DNA of 64,000 bases from Amoebidium appalachense (taxonomy: Eukaryota > Protista > Ichthyosporea). The first letter of the stretch is position 1; the number at the start of each line of letters is the position of its first letter. The notes under the pieces are model-generated. The model searched no databases, was not told where the DNA came from, and worked only from the letters and a program-made list of their open reading frames with translations. Shown here piece after piece: positions 43,036 through 64,000 of this stretch. The position numbers and the translations under genes were made by a program. The stretch covers positions 2,854,231-2,918,230 of the forward strand of contig CAVNZM010000009.1 of assembly GCA_963693365.1 (NCBI GenBank), in the 5' to 3' direction.

Positions 43036-43834
43036 CGCAAGTCATCCATGGTACCCGAGGGGGAGAGCGAGAGAGAGGGACAACGAGAGAACGAGAGAGA
43101 GGGAGAGAAAGTGAGAGAGAGAGAGAGAGAGGGAGAGAGAGAGGGGGGGAGAGAAAGAGAGAGAGAGAGAGGGGGGGGGGGGGGGAGCGAGAGAGAGGGA
43201 GAACGAGAGAGCGAGAAAGAGGGAAAGAGAGAGAGAGAGAGAAGGAGAGAGGGAGAGAGAGGGAGAGAGGGAGAGAGAGAGACAGAAAGAGGGGGAGGGG
43301 GAGGGGGAGAAAGGGGGGGAGAGAGAGAGAGAGGGGGGGGGGGAGGCGAGGGAGCGAGGGAGGGAGGGAGAAAGGGGAGCGAGGGGGGGGGAGGGAGGGA
43401 GGGGGGGGGGGGGGAAGAAGAGGGGGAGGGGGGGGAGCGAGAGAGAGATGGAGAGGAAGAGGGAGGGAGCGAGGGAGCGAGGGAGAAAAGGGAGGGGGAG
43501 GGGGGCAGCAACACCATACACACAAAGGACCAACAAGCACACAAGCGCCCCCCGCCCCAAAAAATAAAAACCTACCAGCGGTCTCCTCCTTCTTCTTCAT
43601 CTCCAGCTGTTTCAGCTCTGCCAGCCATTGCTTCCTCAAATCCTTTAGCTCTGCCTGGTATACTCTTTTCTGGTATGTGAACTCAGTATCTCTGGGTGGC
43701 CTAGGGGCAACAGCGGGTGTTTGTGCTACGTTTTGTAGCCGAGAGGTTGCGGACAAGGAGCGCACACACGTGGCTAGGAGTGTGGTTTTTGCCGCTGAGC
43801 CTACCAGAGACTTACTAATTACTGACAGAGCCAT
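40261..43834 (-). CDS. MRPS26: Mitochondrial small ribosomal subunit protein mS26; 3 exons
   Basis: Exons 43834-43576, 41659-41517, 40542-40261 (GT-AG, phases consistent). Presequence-like N-terminus MALSVISKSLVGSAAKTTLLATCVRSLS; long charged helix; QQEQAGTFITATSLDVAIQQAIGQPVSYN resembles the mS26 '[23 protein letters not shown]' block (from memory). Confidence 0.72.
41949..43060 (-). mobile_element. Cluster of structured repeat copies in MRPS26 intron 1: A full (41949-42400), A partial (42401-42550), two diverged copies (~42580-42730, ~42886-43060)
   Basis: Matches 4303-4995. Diverged copies keep parts of the core (TAAGCAGA, CCTCAGG, GAGTTTCGACCC, AAGTCATCC). Confidence 0.88.
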
Positions 43835-44690
43835 GCTGAATGCAGGTGTGTATGAAACGACACTAACGCGTTGGACCGACACAACGTGTTGAGAGGTGGA
43901 GAAGGTATCGATGGCTCGGGTTTTTGTGATGTTCAGAGAGAAAAAGCGACTATATAAGTAGTATAAGTGCTCCCTTAGTAATATGCCTACACCAAGATCG
44001 CTCGTTATGTTACAAGGGTTGTCACCAAATAATCTCTCCGGCTCTATACGTTTATCACCACCTCCATGCCTGTACAAGTGTGGTCGCTCTTGCAAGCTCT
44101 GCCGCTGAGCGCCATGCATGCGAGATGTGGGTGTGTGCGGAACGCGAGTGTGCGATCAGAGTGCTGTTCGGGTCAACCAGATGAAGAACGGTTCTACATC
44201 TTGCTTTAAGTCCAACAAGAGACATTCGGCGTTGTGCACTTCAAGTCGAATGCTGATATGCCTGGTGCCAGGCCAGACGACCAAGAGGGATGTCGATATA
44301 ATATTTTTGAAAAAACGAAGGCTCAATATTGGCTCGTGTGTTGAGTTGTTCTGGTGCCTGCAAGACATTAGCAAATGGGAATTCATTAAAGGCCAAAGAG
44401 AGAGCTGCTTATTGCGACTCTCCCGCCAACCGCACCAAAACCAGTATCTGATTGGCCAACTTATTCTAAAAATAATAACCCTCCCTTTGATTGGTCGACC
44501 TTGTTCTTATTACCCTGAGCCTCGGTCTCTTTGTTCACTCAGAAACATGCCATGTTGTGATGTGATGCATACATCTCAGAAGAGAAAGTAGCTCAAGTGC
44601 AACCTTTCAGTATAGTCTGTATATTCAATACATGCAAGTGTAGATTCGCTGCAGTGTAAGATAGCAGCAGGTGCTGCCGTTTGCGAGAAA
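43835..44690. promoter_or_regulatory. Bidirectional promoter region between MRPS26 and SAC1
   Basis: 856 bp between divergent ATGs, free of microsatellites, with three reverse CCAAT boxes (ATTGG at 44328, 44451, 44490). Confidence 0.6.
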
Positions 44691-62267
<17,577 letters not shown>

Positions 62268-62502
62268 AATTTTCCAAAAATCATTGTGAGATTTACATAA
62301 TCGAATGAATTTATGCCTTGGCACGAAGGGAGAAAACAACAACAAGAACTATGATTTTCTTGATTTCTTGAGGGTTTGGATAAACAATGAATTATTCACG
62401 TAGGTAGGTGCGTTGCAGGTGTTTTAGGAAAAAAAGAATATGGCAATATTGAGTATGGAGTGCAAGTGCTTGATAATATATTAATACTAAATTGTATATT
62501 GT

Positions 62503-62564
<62 letters not shown>

Positions 62565-62855
62565 CGAAGTGAAATACTATATGCAAGAAAGAGATTTTGC
62601 ATTTTTGCGCTTGTGTTTGAAAAATGCATGTAGGCAAACATACACACACACGGCACACACACGCATGCATACACAAATGCGCCATTTTCCTACTTTTTTT
62701 TATGGTTTTATGAAAATATAATGTGGCGGTGTGATGCCCTAAAAACCGAACTCAACGTTTGTGTAGACTTCACTTTCTCTGTCGTGGACAGAGCACATGT
62801 TAAAAAAAATAATAAAAGCCGCTTGGCTTGTGATAGACCTGTGCAGGATAACTGC

Positions 62856-62900
<45 letters not shown>

Positions 62901-63045
62901 AAAAAAAAAAAAACGCCGGGAGGGGAACTCTGACAGCAAGAAGTAGGGAGTTATATTGTTCGATTCTGGAGCAGATATTGTGATGTTTGTTGTCGGATTG
63001 TACCTGTACATGTGAGGTGGTGGTTTGTGGTGTGGGTGGGTGGAG

Positions 63046-63101
<56 letters not shown>

Positions 63102-63231
63102 CGGGGGGGAGAATGGTTCTTCATCGAGCAGACTATCATTTTTTTTGTAGGGTGGCTGTAATTCGATTAGCCAAATATAGATATTTGGGCGGGAAGTTTT
63201 GGTGCGCAAAAAAGAGGCTTTTTTTGAAATT

Positions 63232-63660
63232 TTATATAAAAAATGGTAGAAATATTGTGTCCTGGATGCAAACTGGCCTGGATGGTATGCATAGAATGCT
63301 TCGTTCGTAAGTGTAAGAGACAGATGATATGTATTGGGTATGCAGTTGGATAGTGTCTCCCAACCATGATATGATGTCGTCAGGAAAATTGCCTGCAATG
63401 GTGAAAAAGTTTCATCGCATTGCGTCATCAAATGTTCACACAAACAGTTAGGCGTGCAAACCATATCACCAGGGAGGGGGGGGGGGGGGGGGGGAGGTTA
63501 GGCGTGTGGTGGCAAGGTTAGGAAAGGATATTAGCCGGATCCGAGGGAAATTTACTTAAGTGAATACTATAGCCTACCTATGCAATGTATTCGTTGTCTT
63601 TGAAGAAGATCTGATAGATCTAAACCCTCTATGTGAGCTGCAGTAGATTGAAATAGGGCA
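63232..63660. other. Unresolved non-repetitive, coding-like segments
   Basis: A minus-strand model (63637-63578 + 63392-63232, AHIEGLDLSDLLQRQRIHCIGNFPDDIISWLG...*) and a plus-strand model with a GTAAGT donor at ~63307 are both possible. No recognisable domain. Confidence 0.2.
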
Positions 63661-63748
63661 AGGCACAGGGTTTTGGAAGGAGAAGAAGGAGGAGGGTGGT
63701 GTGTGTGTGGTTGTGTGTGGGGCGGGGCGGGGCGGGGCGGCGGGAAGA

Positions 63749-63779
<31 letters not shown>

Positions 63780-64000
63780 AGGGGGATCGAGGGGAGGGGA
63801 GGGGGGAGAGGGGAAGGATGAGAGGGTAGCTTTGGGGCCTGGACTTGTGGGTTGGGTTGTGTTCGAATGACTTGTTGCACTTTTCTTTTTCGGTAGCGGT
63901 GGCAATAGACTGTGATATGTTTTGACTCGTCGTCTCAATTTATTCATCTATGTTCCTAATTTTTGTGCACACAGTGCACCAATATCTTACACATTTACAC

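Overview
Eukaryotic, intron-rich DNA full of poly-G/C runs and (CA)/(GT)/(GA) microsatellites; nearly all entries in the ORF track are low-complexity noise. The animal-like mS26, class C GPCR-like genes and a U12-type intron suggest an opisthokont, possibly a unicellular holozoan (inference only). Splicing by hand gives these genes: the last exon of an AGC kinase (+); a 7-exon secreted protein with two FAS1 (fasciclin) domains (-); two divergent, disrupted paralogues joining a solute-binding-protein-like ectodomain to a class C 7TM; a 2-exon SLC43/FMP42-like MFS transporter (+); MRPS26 (-) head-to-head with a 20-exon SAC1 phosphatase (+). The most interesting signals are four. (1) A ~450-bp structured repeat family sits in introns, always in the host-gene sense orientation, with a fixed 3' end before poly-C and stems showing covariation and G.U pairs. 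(2) An 11x40-bp array of branchpoint+3' splice sites in SAC1, where only the last site gives an intact protein. (3) A U12-type intron with a degenerate donor. (4) Complementary simple repeats at opposite ends of several introns. All calls were made by eye; no searches were run.
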